Virus record (IMG/VR): IMGVR_UViG_3300049912_000012
Span: 14,890-78,889 of that record
Strand: one strand, 5' to 3'
DNA length: 64,000 nt
Source of the DNA: a virus
In this document: one piece after another, positions 9,050-18,545 of the stretch
Position numbering within the stretch: the first letter of the stretch is position 1
Layout of the letters: each line of letters opens with the position of its first letter
Notes under the pieces: model-generated
Seen by the model: the letters and a program-made list of their open reading frames with translations, nothing else
What the model was told of the DNA's origin: nothing
The model's database searches: none
Program-made: the position numbers and the translations under genes

Positions 9050-10732
9050 TTAAGTTAAATTTATTTTATAAACCCTAATTGCCGTAATTCCCGTAATAAC
9101 AGTGCCAGATGTTCTAAGAGAAGCAAATATATGATTCTCATGTCCTGCCTGGGCATGAGTCGTAATAAAATCTCTTGTTAGTTGTGAAGGATGCCATAAC
9201 CCATAATAACCTCCACCGGCATCTACATAATGATCTTCTGATTGTATGGATACTTTCCAATATGTAGAATTGCTTTTATCAAAAATTGCCTTGATTGTAG
9301 CATCAGATATTCCGCTAAAGTTTAAATATGAATTTGTCATATTATGAATACAAGAACTAATGCCATATTCAACATCATCCATGTGATCAGCTACTCCCTT
9401 TGTTCCATCCGGTTTATGTGGAATATCATAACATCCTCTTCTTGTAAACCCATTAATTAGCTGGAACCTACCCCATTCAAAATTTGAATATTCAGTATAA
9501 TCATCATTACATATCTGGTTATCTAACCTGGGATTTGTAGTAGAACCTATCCACCCTAAAGTACCATCAATTCCATTATGAAAATATCTAAAATAGTTTA
9601 CATCACCATCCCATGTATTAAATATTTCTGGTTGTGTTGCAGGAAAAGTTAATGTATTTATAATAGCTGCTACATCTGCATCAGAAAGATAACTATTCCA
9701 ATGAGCAAATAATGAATACCTGGTAAAATGTACAGTTTTTGAATAAGGATTATATAATTGCGGGATGCCAGTCTGACTATCAGGAGTTGATGCACTTGTA
9801 GCTGTGGCAACTGAAGCAGAGTCACCCATTTTATATATTTGATATTTCCCATTGACGCCTCCACTCTCGTGACGGGATACAATAGCATACCAATTTGTTG
9901 TAAAATTAGTTGGATCAGGAACAACTTTACCGGGAGAAGCAAGCATTGTTGAACCAACGTAAAATCTTACATAATGAGTGCCTGCATAAAAAATAAATCC
10001 ATTTGTTGCTCCACCAAAAGGTTTGTAAGTAAATATTGGTTCAAAATCAGCATCAAAAATTGGTTGTATTATAATTATAGATGTAAATGATCCTCCAGTA
10101 TATGCTATACTTTTATTAGGCAAAGTTAATGGAGCTGTAAGCGCTGTTGATCCTGCTAATGTATTTAAAACAGGAAAATGACTTATTGTTATATTTTCTA
10201 AATTGATACTATCAGTAATAACCAATCCATTTCTAGTATCAAACAAAGCATCTTCATCAGGTACTATACTTACACATTCTGAAACAACATCAGAATATGC
10301 ACTATATCTAATTCCTATTAATGCACGAAGTTTATAGTAATATGTGATTTCTAATTCAATATCTTCATCAGTATATGTTTCAGTTCCTTGATCAATAGCA
10401 ACCAGTTCGGTAAAATTGATGTTATCTTCTGATCTTTCAATACTCACCGCATAATCTGATGACCAATTAATAAAGATTTTTTCAGTATCTTTTGTTAATG
10501 TTATGTCTTGTGGAATTTCAGGATAAGAAAGTTTATCAACATTTTCCCAATCCAAATTTTCACTACCAGCAAATCCAGTTACTGTCAATGCTACATCAAG
10601 AACGATATATCCATCCCTTATACCTTTACGCCACAATACTCCTGTCTCACTTTCAAAGATGCGATATTGAGGTTCGGAAGAATTAATTCCGGTCCCCGAT
10701 CTCTTACCTATCCAAATTCCTGTTCCTATCAT
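9050..10732 (-). CDS. Modular fibre/decoration protein: IGTGIWIG leader + GFxGxExxDW module + FN3 + LamG-like
   Basis: Likely true start MIGTGIWIGKR at 10732 (ATGA overlap with upstream stop); TYYYKLRA FN3 motif; YLSDADVAAI LamG-type helix. Confidence 0.65.
   Translation of the reverse strand: MIGTGIWIGKRSGTGINSSEPQYRIFESETGVLWRKGIRDGYIVLDVALTVTGFAGSENLDWENVDKLSYPEIPQDITLTKDTEKIFINWSSDYAVSIERSEDNINFTELVAIDQGTETYTDEDIELEITYYYKLRALIGIRYSAYSDVVSECVSIVPDEDALFDTRNGLVITDSINLENITISHFPVLNTLAGSTALTAPLTLPNKSIAYTGGSFTSIIIIQPIFDADFEPIFTYKPFGGATNGFIFYAGTHYVRFYVGSTMLASPGKVVPDPTNFTTNWYAIVSRHESGGVNGKYQIYKMGDSASVATATSASTPDSQTGIPQLYNPYSKTVHFTRYSLFAHWNSYLSDADVAAIINTLTFPATQPEIFNTWDGDVNYFRYFHNGIDGTLGWIGSTTNPRLDNQICNDDYTEYSNFEWGRFQLINGFTRRGCYDIPHKPDGTKGVADHMDDVEYGISSCIHNMTNSYLNFSGISDATIKAIFDKSNSTYWKVSIQSEDHYVDAGGGYYGLWHPSQLTRDFITTHAQAGHENHIFASLRTSGTVITGITAIRVYKINLT
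10702..10728. repeat. 27-nt perfect direct repeat, copy 2
   Basis: Identical to 5759-5785; encodes the IGTGIWIGK leader. Confidence 0.9.
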
Positions 10733-11232
10733 AAATTTGAGATATAAGCAACCCACCAGTGATCGTGTGCGTATTTAATCGCAAAGTATAAAGCGATAGC
10801 GGTAACAATCGCTGTGATAACAAGTCTTAAATAGATAATAGGTTTTTTAGTCCTGTGATCTATTCTTTGAACAGTAATATACAAATCTTCATATTTGTCT
10901 GACATAATCTTTGCTTGTTGCCGGATACCTGTTACATCTTCCCGGAGGTGAGATAATTCAACACGGAATGACTTCATAAGCTCTGTCTGTTCATCCATCT
11001 TGTCGAACATCTTCCTATCCCTTGTCAGTAGTGCTTCAGCCAGTTCATTCTTGATTCGATTCACTTCATCAGTGATATGCTTCTTAATATACTTCTTGAC
11101 TTTCTCATTATTATATTCTAAAGCACGTTTAAAGAATTGGCGATCATCGCTGCTCCATGTCTGCCCGGAAACTGACAACTCGCTAACGGGAACATTTTCA
11201 AGTTTTACCTCTGTTATCTTTTCTTTTACCAC
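10729..11232 (-). CDS. Coiled-coil protein with C-terminal TM helix
   Basis: Heptad-like middle; hydrophobic LVITAIVTAIALYFAI near the C-terminus. Confidence 0.55.
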   Translation of the reverse strand: MVKEKITEVKLENVPVSELSVSGQTWSSDDRQFFKRALEYNNEKVKKYIKKHITDEVNRIKNELAEALLTRDRKMFDKMDEQTELMKSFRVELSHLREDVTGIRQQAKIMSDKYEDLYITVQRIDHRTKKPIIYLRLVITAIVTAIALYFAIKYAHDHWWVAYISNL

Positions 11233-11328
11233 TCCTGTTTATCTTAATAGATTGTATAATAATTACCGCCAGTGCGCCAGCAATGGCAGTGCAGAACACT
11301 ATTGCAAATATTTTGAAAATCAAATCAC

Positions 11329-11721
11329 TCATTTCTTTACTGGTATTATCCTTGTTCTTACTTCTGGAAATTTCATTGAATCAACTTGTCTTTCATACCT
11401 AGCTTTCGATTCATAATACTTAATCACCTCATCCAGCCTATTAATAATTGTTAAAGTATTAACATGACTCCTTTCAAGAGCTTTAAAATTGTTTTCCTGT
11501 TTCTGGGTTGCAATTAAATGTTCATTCAATAAATTTGTGAACTCTGCAAACTGCATTGTTTTCAGTGTATCACTCTTTAATAACAAGTTAACATTCTTTT
11601 CAATCCCTGTAATATTATTTTTATTGCTTTCATCTTTCCTTCCCCAGGTATATAAAGCAGTCCCGGCAGCTATCACGTAGCCGAGGTAAGGTAAAATTGC
11701 TTTAAGGGTGAGTCTTGTCAT
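11329..11721 (-). CDS. N-terminally anchored coiled-coil membrane protein
   Basis: TM ILPYLGYVIAAGTALYTW followed by coiled coil. Confidence 0.55.
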   Translation of the reverse strand: MTRLTLKAILPYLGYVIAAGTALYTWGRKDESNKNNITGIEKNVNLLLKSDTLKTMQFAEFTNLLNEHLIATQKQENNFKALERSHVNTLTIINRLDEVIKYYESKARYERQVDSMKFPEVRTRIIPVKK

Positions 11722-11745
11722 ATCCCCGACCTCTCATTGTATTAT

Positions 11746-14610
11746 TTAATTACCATCCCATCCTGCCATCCTTGCCAACATCCACCATACAGCTTTTGCA
11801 AGTCTTATAGTCCCCGGCATCCCAATATGACCATAATCTTGCGTACCAAGATTTCTCGTAGTTATAACAGGATATGTATGTCCATTCCAAGTAGCGGTAT
11901 TCGGTCCACTGCCGTCATCATCGTAACAAAGAATATCTGCATAATCAAAAAGTATCCTTGTGGAATTACCATCAACATAATTTCTTATTGCCTCATATAA
12001 AAGATATTTATTATAACCCATTTCACCAGTACTATTCCAATAATCAACTGGGCCGGTTGTAAAATATACTTTAGCTGGGATGCTATCTGCACAATAATTA
12101 ATATATGATTGAGTTGCTGCCAGATAATCAGTGGCATCGGTTATATCAGAATCATAACACCAACCAAATCCTATCGCTGTCAAATCTAACCCGTTATGAT
12201 TATTATAAGTTAAATTTGCTTTTGTTCTGCTTATTGCTGTCGAACTGGTAATCCAATCCTCCTCCCCATAACTTGTAAGCCATCCTGTTGCATTATCCAC
12301 ATCACCCCATGTATAACGATCTGCCCTTAAATGTTCTTCTGTATATAATTCAGGGGAAACATACCATGCCGGACCAATATCATAAGCCGGATATGTATCT
12401 TCTAAAGTAACCAATCCAGTTATATAAGCAGTTGAGTGTGACTCTCCGGCTATAACAAATCGCATTTTTTTCACAGCAGTCATATATTCTGAAGGAATAT
12501 CATCAAACCTATCAACAATGGTATGATCTGCTATTATTTGAGAAGTTACAGATTGATTTGAAATAGTAATTTCTTTTTCCCCATAAACAGAAGAACCATC
12601 GTTTGCTGTTGCCCGTACTGTAACAGTTCCATCTGTTAATGCAGTCAATAACCCACTACTATTTATTGAACCTACTCCTGTACCATTTGTCCTTGACCAG
12701 GTGGCAGTAGTATCATCTGCATTTGTGGGTAGAGTCTTTTTAAGCATTTGAAGTGTTCCTCCGTTAACAGAAATCGTAGTTGCCTCTCCTGTTCCAAATA
12801 CAGATATGCTGGTTACTGGTTTAGGTCCTACATAAATACCAGTTCCAGTTGTGGCTATTTTACCGTTTACAAAAACTGGTTTGCCATCTTGAAATATAAA
12901 TAAATCTTTTCTTGTCATAAACTGAATATCATTACCATAACTTGTACCTACTTCATTGGTCGCATATGCTCTAACATGATATATAGTTTCTGAAGTTAAT
13001 CCTGTTATCGCAGAACTAAATATACCAGTTCCTTCTCCGTCAGATGTATGATTACCAGTTATTGACGGATTAAAACTACTCCCCCAACAAACACCCCTTG
13101 CTGAAACCGTCCCCCCGCCATCATCCGTAACATTACCACCACTTGTCACTTTTGTTGTACCGGGATAAACACCAGTAGTTGAAACGACAATAGGATTTAT
13201 TGTTATTTGACCGGAGTAATATTCAGAATAACCAAGATCGGGAGCAGAACCATTAAATGTATAACCTACATCTATCCCCGCATCAATCAAATCAGATGTA
13301 GAAGTAAGTTTTAAAAAAGTAATGTTAGGAAGTGAACCATCTGGTTTTCTTGAAGCAGTTAATTGTTCTATTGCTTCTGTCGAATCAGTAAGAACAAAAT
13401 CAGCATCTGTAACAGTATATGTAGGATTTATTTCACTATAAGGCCATCCTTCCCGTAGTCTGAAATTATTATGATCAAGTGTAAGATATTTTGCAATGTA
13501 AGGTGCTTGATCGCATACGCCAAATAGAGCATAATAAACATCACGATTTATAAATATATTATTTTGAAGAACAGTTCCTCCTTTTCCTGTTACACAATTA
13601 AATTCCTGTGATCCGACAACATAACCATATTCACATTTATAGGCAACATTATTATAATATTCGCATTTAGGGCCATAGAAAGCATCAAAAAGATTTACTT
13701 CACAGTATGCAGTATGATGATTAAAAGCAGCAAGACAATTATTTACCACACGTTTGCCTTTTAGAAATACTCCACTGGTAGCGAATTTGATTCCTGTACC
13801 ATCCCCGGTTAGAAGAAACTGGTATCCGTTATTAAAAAACCAACAATTTGAAAAATGGAATTGCATCGTTGTGCTTGCATCAATTCCATCATCTGAACAT
13901 CTCCATGCTCTGCATCCTGTAATATAAGCTATCTTAAACGTATCAACCGCAGTTCCTCCACTCGTTATATTATATCCGTCACCATCACCCCCGGGAGATG
14001 TTGCATCCAAACTATCACAAACTTCATATACATCAGTATTTGTAAGGTAAAGTGTATCATACCCACCAATTTGTATCCCTGTGCCCCCAATATCGTGAAC
14101 TACTATATTCTCGAAAGATACAACAGAATGAATTGTTGGCCCATGACAAGACATTTCTATACCTGTACAATTTGATCCAATAAGAAGCTGACGAGCATTT
14201 TTAATAGTCAACCCCTTAAACTTTAAGTATGTGGCTTCGTTTATATTTAAGCCGATATTACCTGTATTATCTAAACTCGCAAAAAAACAATCCAGTGTCG
14301 GAGTTTCACCCGAATAATTAAAAAAACAAATAGGATTATCGTGAGTGCCATTATGACCAATACCCTGATCTGGATCAATTTCCGTTATTGCATAGCCGGG
14401 TCTATGATGAGTTATAGGATACCATGTTCCACCTCTGAAATAAACAGTATCTCCCGCCACTGCCGTCTCAAATCCTTTTTGCCATGTTGCCCATGGCTGG
14501 GTTATTGTCCCTAAATTACTATCACTTCCACCTGTCGGTGCAACATAGTAAGTTGCTGCACCAACTGAAAGAGTAAATAAGGAAAGTAATATTATCAGTA
14601 CTTTTTTCAT
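11746..14610 (-). CDS. Secreted right-handed beta-helix (pectate lyase PL9-like) protein with FN3, Big_2 and C-terminal alpha/beta domain
   Basis: Signal peptide MKKVLIILLSLFTLSVGA; YYVAPTGGSDSNLGTITQPWAT, GDGDG, CRAWRCSDDGID, GDGTGIK, PDLGYSEY; FN3 YHVRAYATNEVGTSYG; Big_2 GTVTVRATANDGS. Confidence 0.75.
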   Translation of the reverse strand: MKKVLIILLSLFTLSVGAATYYVAPTGGSDSNLGTITQPWATWQKGFETAVAGDTVYFRGGTWYPITHHRPGYAITEIDPDQGIGHNGTHDNPICFFNYSGETPTLDCFFASLDNTGNIGLNINEATYLKFKGLTIKNARQLLIGSNCTGIEMSCHGPTIHSVVSFENIVVHDIGGTGIQIGGYDTLYLTNTDVYEVCDSLDATSPGGDGDGYNITSGGTAVDTFKIAYITGCRAWRCSDDGIDASTTMQFHFSNCWFFNNGYQFLLTGDGTGIKFATSGVFLKGKRVVNNCLAAFNHHTAYCEVNLFDAFYGPKCEYYNNVAYKCEYGYVVGSQEFNCVTGKGGTVLQNNIFINRDVYYALFGVCDQAPYIAKYLTLDHNNFRLREGWPYSEINPTYTVTDADFVLTDSTEAIEQLTASRKPDGSLPNITFLKLTSTSDLIDAGIDVGYTFNGSAPDLGYSEYYSGQITINPIVVSTTGVYPGTTKVTSGGNVTDDGGGTVSARGVCWGSSFNPSITGNHTSDGEGTGIFSSAITGLTSETIYHVRAYATNEVGTSYGNDIQFMTRKDLFIFQDGKPVFVNGKIATTGTGIYVGPKPVTSISVFGTGEATTISVNGGTLQMLKKTLPTNADDTTATWSRTNGTGVGSINSSGLLTALTDGTVTVRATANDGSSVYGEKEITISNQSVTSQIIADHTIVDRFDDIPSEYMTAVKKMRFVIAGESHSTAYITGLVTLEDTYPAYDIGPAWYVSPELYTEEHLRADRYTWGDVDNATGWLTSYGEEDWITSSTAISRTKANLTYNNHNGLDLTAIGFGWCYDSDITDATDYLAATQSYINYCADSIPAKVYFTTGPVDYWNSTGEMGYNKYLLYEAIRNYVDGNSTRILFDYADILCYDDDGSGPNTATWNGHTYPVITTRNLGTQDYGHIGMPGTIRLAKAVWWMLARMAGWDGN

Positions 14611-16541
14611 TAGTAAATAGAATATTTTGCATTCAGATAATTTATTACAGATGTCTGATTAGGGTCAGTGTCCACAATACCAACTCTGAAGATAACTTCT
14701 TTAATGGACATGCTTGCGGCATCGTCATTATGACTACCAATCCTGAGAATAGAATATCCACTCTCAGTACCAAGTGTACCAGTTACAGCAGTATTGGCAT
14801 TTATCTGAATCTTTGATCCATTAGAAACATCATTATTATGAACATTCCTAATAATATAATATGTATCATCCGTCCAATAACTATCTGATGTTGAAAATGC
14901 TTCTCCTCCTCCCATCAATGTAAGCCCATGAAGTGATCCGGTTCTTATATTTAAAGTACTGAATCCAAGTCTGTAAAGAGCTTTCCCAGCACCATCAGCA
15001 TGTATGGCAACAACCATATAGATAGTCATTGGAAATGTATAACTGACAGCATCATTTTCAAGATAGTCATTAACACCATCAAAATCAATCTCTAAATTGA
15101 CAGAATCTTTAACAGGTCGGTATGTTGCTGGTGAGATTAAATCCCATCCCGAAGAAGACTGATCTTCCAATTTGTAAATATAACCAAGACTCCTGCTCAT
15201 GTATGTTGCCGATCCATCACCATACATATACCATCCTTTTGTATATGTATCAGATGAAAGAAATGACGGAGGTGTTACCGCTTGATTACTTATAGTGATA
15301 TTCCTATGACCATGTACCGCCGATCCATCATCGGCAGTCGAAGTTACTTCAACAACACCATTTGAAACAGCTGTAAGAAGTCCTCCGGCACTGATAGTCC
15401 CTATATCCTCATCATCTACTGACCATGTATTTGAAGTATCCGCAGCATTAGTTGGTAATGTCTTTTTAAGCATTTGGAGTGTTCCTTCCGACACTGTTAT
15501 AGTTGTTGCCCCTCCAGTACCCCATACAGAAATGCCAGTAACCAATATTGGTAAATTATTGGTAACTGGTTTATTAACCCAAGAATTAACTTTATTTAAC
15601 GTGCTATCTTGTAATCTTTTCTTACCATTCTGAGTAGCATTTGTTGAAGTATAATCCAATAAATATGTAGTGGTGCTTGTTGTGCCAGGATCAGCCAAAA
15701 CTAAGAATAATGAATCATTACTTATAAGTGCAGTATCCAAAACTACATGAGTACCATTTGCTGTAAAATCAAATCCTTCAACCGATGGAATTGAATCCTG
15801 ATGCACATCAGTAGTATCAAAAACGACAACTAAGGTATCATCAGCATAGTCCCCTATCTCTGCACTTAAAAACCTGGGGGGTGCAATATCAAGACCTAAA
15901 TTATTGATATTTTCGATTAGAGTAGCTAAATCATCCTTTATAATTTGCACTTCAGCTATTAAACTGTCTATTTTATAATAAAGATATGTAGTATCATAGA
16001 CATACATTTCTCCAATCTGCTCTCTATATGCGTATGGAATATATGGAGCAAGAGTGTCAGACCCATGATAAATCTTAACATCACTTGCTACTGAAGAAAT
16101 AGAATCAATCTGGACTTTTGCTGAACCTCCAACCTTTAATGCAGGAGTTATCACAATGCCTGTAAACGTTGGTGATACAATATTTGACTTTAAAGGCATC
16201 CTTATATCCATTGTATCATGTATCTGATCAGCTACTTCTGTCTCTGATAGTCCTGCCTCCCCTAATTCAGATGAAAGAGCATAGTGCGATAACATATTGG
16301 CAGTATCCGATACATTTACCTTGCCATTATTATATGGTAGTAAAATAGTTGCGCCATTATAGAACTTTATATCACCCGCTGTTGAACTTATACTATCAAT
16401 CTTGACTTTTGAAGATTTGGTTACATAATTTCCTCCGACTTGTAATCCACCAAAAGCCCTCACTTGGTATTTAAAGTCGTTCTGGGCGAATAGATTAAGT
16501 CCAACAAGCAAAAAACTAACTATTAAATATATCCTCTTCAT
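14610..16541 (-). CDS. Secreted fibre/adhesin-like protein with Big_2 and LamG-like domains
   Basis: Signal peptide MKRIYLIVSFLLVGLNLFA-Q; Big_2 nearly identical to that of 11746..14610; FDGVNDYL LamG motif. Confidence 0.65.
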   Translation of the reverse strand: MKRIYLIVSFLLVGLNLFAQNDFKYQVRAFGGLQVGGNYVTKSSKVKIDSISSTAGDIKFYNGATILLPYNNGKVNVSDTANMLSHYALSSELGEAGLSETEVADQIHDTMDIRMPLKSNIVSPTFTGIVITPALKVGGSAKVQIDSISSVASDVKIYHGSDTLAPYIPYAYREQIGEMYVYDTTYLYYKIDSLIAEVQIIKDDLATLIENINNLGLDIAPPRFLSAEIGDYADDTLVVVFDTTDVHQDSIPSVEGFDFTANGTHVVLDTALISNDSLFLVLADPGTTSTTTYLLDYTSTNATQNGKKRLQDSTLNKVNSWVNKPVTNNLPILVTGISVWGTGGATTITVSEGTLQMLKKTLPTNAADTSNTWSVDDEDIGTISAGGLLTAVSNGVVEVTSTADDGSAVHGHRNITISNQAVTPPSFLSSDTYTKGWYMYGDGSATYMSRSLGYIYKLEDQSSSGWDLISPATYRPVKDSVNLEIDFDGVNDYLENDAVSYTFPMTIYMVVAIHADGAGKALYRLGFSTLNIRTGSLHGLTLMGGGEAFSTSDSYWTDDTYYIIRNVHNNDVSNGSKIQINANTAVTGTLGTESGYSILRIGSHNDDAASMSIKEVIFRVGIVDTDPNQTSVINYLNAKYSIY

Positions 16542-16542
16542 T

Positions 16543-16881
16543 TTATTCTGGTTTTAAACTATATATATTTTCCCAATCCAAATTTTCCATTCCGATAAAT
16601 CCAGTCGGTGTCAGTGTCCTGTCAATATGATATGAAGTGCCAACTATCCTATGCCTGTAAAGATGAGCCAGGTCAATAATAACATTATCTTCCGTCAAGT
16701 CAAGAGTCATCAAAGTATCCCATGTAACACCAGAATCAGCAGAATAGTAAAGAACAAAATAACCACCAGCATTATTAATTTCCCGTTTATACCGGGTCGT
16801 ACCTGATGTCAATATAAAATAAGTTGAAGCCCAACCCACCGACCTCCTGCCTATTCCTATTATATTGCTGATCCCGATCAT
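16543..16881 (-). CDS. Small adaptor: IGxG leader + C-terminal GFxGxExxDW module
   Basis: MIGISNIIGIGRR... TGFIGMENLDWENIY. Confidence 0.55.
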   Translation of the reverse strand: MIGISNIIGIGRRSVGWASTYFILTSGTTRYKREINNAGGYFVLYYSADSGVTWDTLMTLDLTEDNVIIDLAHLYRHRIVGTSYHIDRTLTPTGFIGMENLDWENIYSLKPE

Positions 16882-16899
16882 TGGTTGCGATTTAAAAAA

Positions 16900-17226
16900 T
16901 TAAGTCTTCTGCCAACCTTTCTTCAGATAATAAACTATAACACTGCCAGCACCAACTTCTATCGAACTTAATGGATAGTCAGGAACTATAAAGTCAAATT
17001 GTTTAAGACTTACATATGCATCAGAAGACTCTCCTCCAACCCATCCTCTTGAAGTAACTACATTATCAGTCCCCTCTATATCTTCTGTAACAGACTCAAT
17101 AGTAGTAGAATCTTCCCTAACAACAATAGCATATATCCTGCCTATCCTCGCAGTAAAAGCACCATTTGCTGCAGTAACAATATCACATCCATCACCACCT
17201 AACATTTTTTGTAATTCATTTGCCAT
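16900..17226 (-). CDS. Small virion (decoration-like) protein
   Basis: 108 aa beta-rich, ends GSVIVYY; precedes the IGxG-leader proteins. Confidence 0.45.
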   Translation of the reverse strand: MANELQKMLGGDGCDIVTAANGAFTARIGRIYAIVVREDSTTIESVTEDIEGTDNVVTSRGWVGGESSDAYVSLKQFDFIVPDYPLSSIEVGAGSVIVYYLKKGWQKT

Positions 17227-17230
17227 GACA

Positions 17231-17533
17231 TTATGATTTTATAAATTTCTCGAATAATATGAAAGTCTGTTCATTTATTTTTCCTTCTTTATCTATTTTC
17301 TTTAAAGTCTCCTGCACAATATCAAATGCCTTTTCCCCAATCTCTATTTCCTTATCCATAGATTTTTTCCATGTTACCCTACCTTCTTTTTCATCAATAC
17401 CACAATCCTTAATCTCTTTTTCATTAAAAGCTAATTTTGCCTTTAAATCCATCAATATCTTGAAAGTTATATAACTTCCTTCCCTTGGTAATACTTGTAA
17501 TAAAGTAATACGTTCTAAAACATTTAATTTCAT
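17231..17533 (-). CDS. Putative fibre chaperone / assembly protein
   Basis: 100 aa charged protein directly after a fibre-like gene. Confidence 0.35.
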   Translation of the reverse strand: MKLNVLERITLLQVLPREGSYITFKILMDLKAKLAFNEKEIKDCGIDEKEGRVTWKKSMDKEIEIGEKAFDIVQETLKKIDKEGKINEQTFILFEKFIKS

Positions 17534-17556
17534 AGTTCTTTGGTTAAGATTTATAA

Positions 17557-18468
17557 TTATGATAATTCTGTTGCAAAAATAGGAATGAAATAATCTGCGC
17601 CATTAATATCTATCTTGATACATGCATCAGCACCTAATCCACCTCCACTTGGTACATCTTTCGGGTTTACATCAACATTGAATATACAACCTGCAAGAGC
17701 ATTAAACTTAAATAAATTTGTAACACTAGCAGCAGCAGCAATATTTATAGCATTTGTAATAGTACCTCCAAGGTTCAATCCATTGGTAAACGCACCTGTA
17801 AGAGTCTTAAATGCATCAGTAGCACTTCCTGTCACACTTACTGCCGTTGTCGTTGCCCCTGCTACAAGTACTCCTGTAGTCACCGCACTTGCAATATTAA
17901 AGGCAGTAGCAATAGTCCCCGAAGTCACTTTAAAGGCATCAGTCGCATTTCCTGCGATATTATACCCAGTAGTTACTGATCCTGTAATGGTATAAGCCGT
18001 TCCACAAGCACCTACACTCACCCCTGTAGTCAATGTACCTGCAAGGCTCAACCCTGTCCCAAATACACCTGTAAGTACCCCTATCGCTGTTGTAGCACTA
18101 CCTGTTATCTCAAGAGCTTTGCCACATGCACCTGAAACAAGTATCCCCGCATTACTGCCTGTCCCTGCAAGAGATACCATGTTAGTACCACTAAATGCAG
18201 ACGTAATAGCAATACCCGTAGTACCATCAGCAGCAATGTTAATCCCCGTAGTAAATGCACCTGTAACAGAAAGTGCAGTACCAGATGTACCCGAAACAGA
18301 AATAGCAGTAGTAGATGCACCTGTTATAGAAATCTCGGTTGCCAAGTCAGTATCCAAAAGGATACCTTCTGCTGCAGTTCCTAATCCAAGAAGTGTCCTT
18401 AATTCCTGTGTACGTTCTGCTGCTTCAGCTCCTTTTAAAGTGTACAAATTCTTAATTACTCTTTTCAT
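17557..18468 (-). CDS. Ala/Gly/Thr-rich beta-solenoid fibre protein (~10-11-aa repeats)
   Basis: Repeats such as TTAISVSGTS, TTGINIAADG, TDAFKVTSGT; C-terminal IKIDINGADYFIP. Confidence 0.6.
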   Translation of the reverse strand: MKRVIKNLYTLKGAEAAERTQELRTLLGLGTAAEGILLDTDLATEISITGASTTAISVSGTSGTALSVTGAFTTGINIAADGTTGIAITSAFSGTNMVSLAGTGSNAGILVSGACGKALEITGSATTAIGVLTGVFGTGLSLAGTLTTGVSVGACGTAYTITGSVTTGYNIAGNATDAFKVTSGTIATAFNIASAVTTGVLVAGATTTAVSVTGSATDAFKTLTGAFTNGLNLGGTITNAINIAAAASVTNLFKFNALAGCIFNVDVNPKDVPSGGGLGADACIKIDINGADYFIPIFATELS

Positions 18469-18545
18469 TTATTTATCTTCTTTAGTAAATATCAAGATTA
18501 TAACTAATAAAATAATTATCCCACCTATAGCCAGGTAAATTACAT

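Noticed and set aside
5802-16541. Diversity-generating retroelement acting on adhesins
   Set aside because: No reverse transcriptase in the window and no TR/VR pair differing at adenines; the duplicated domains are ordinary paralogs
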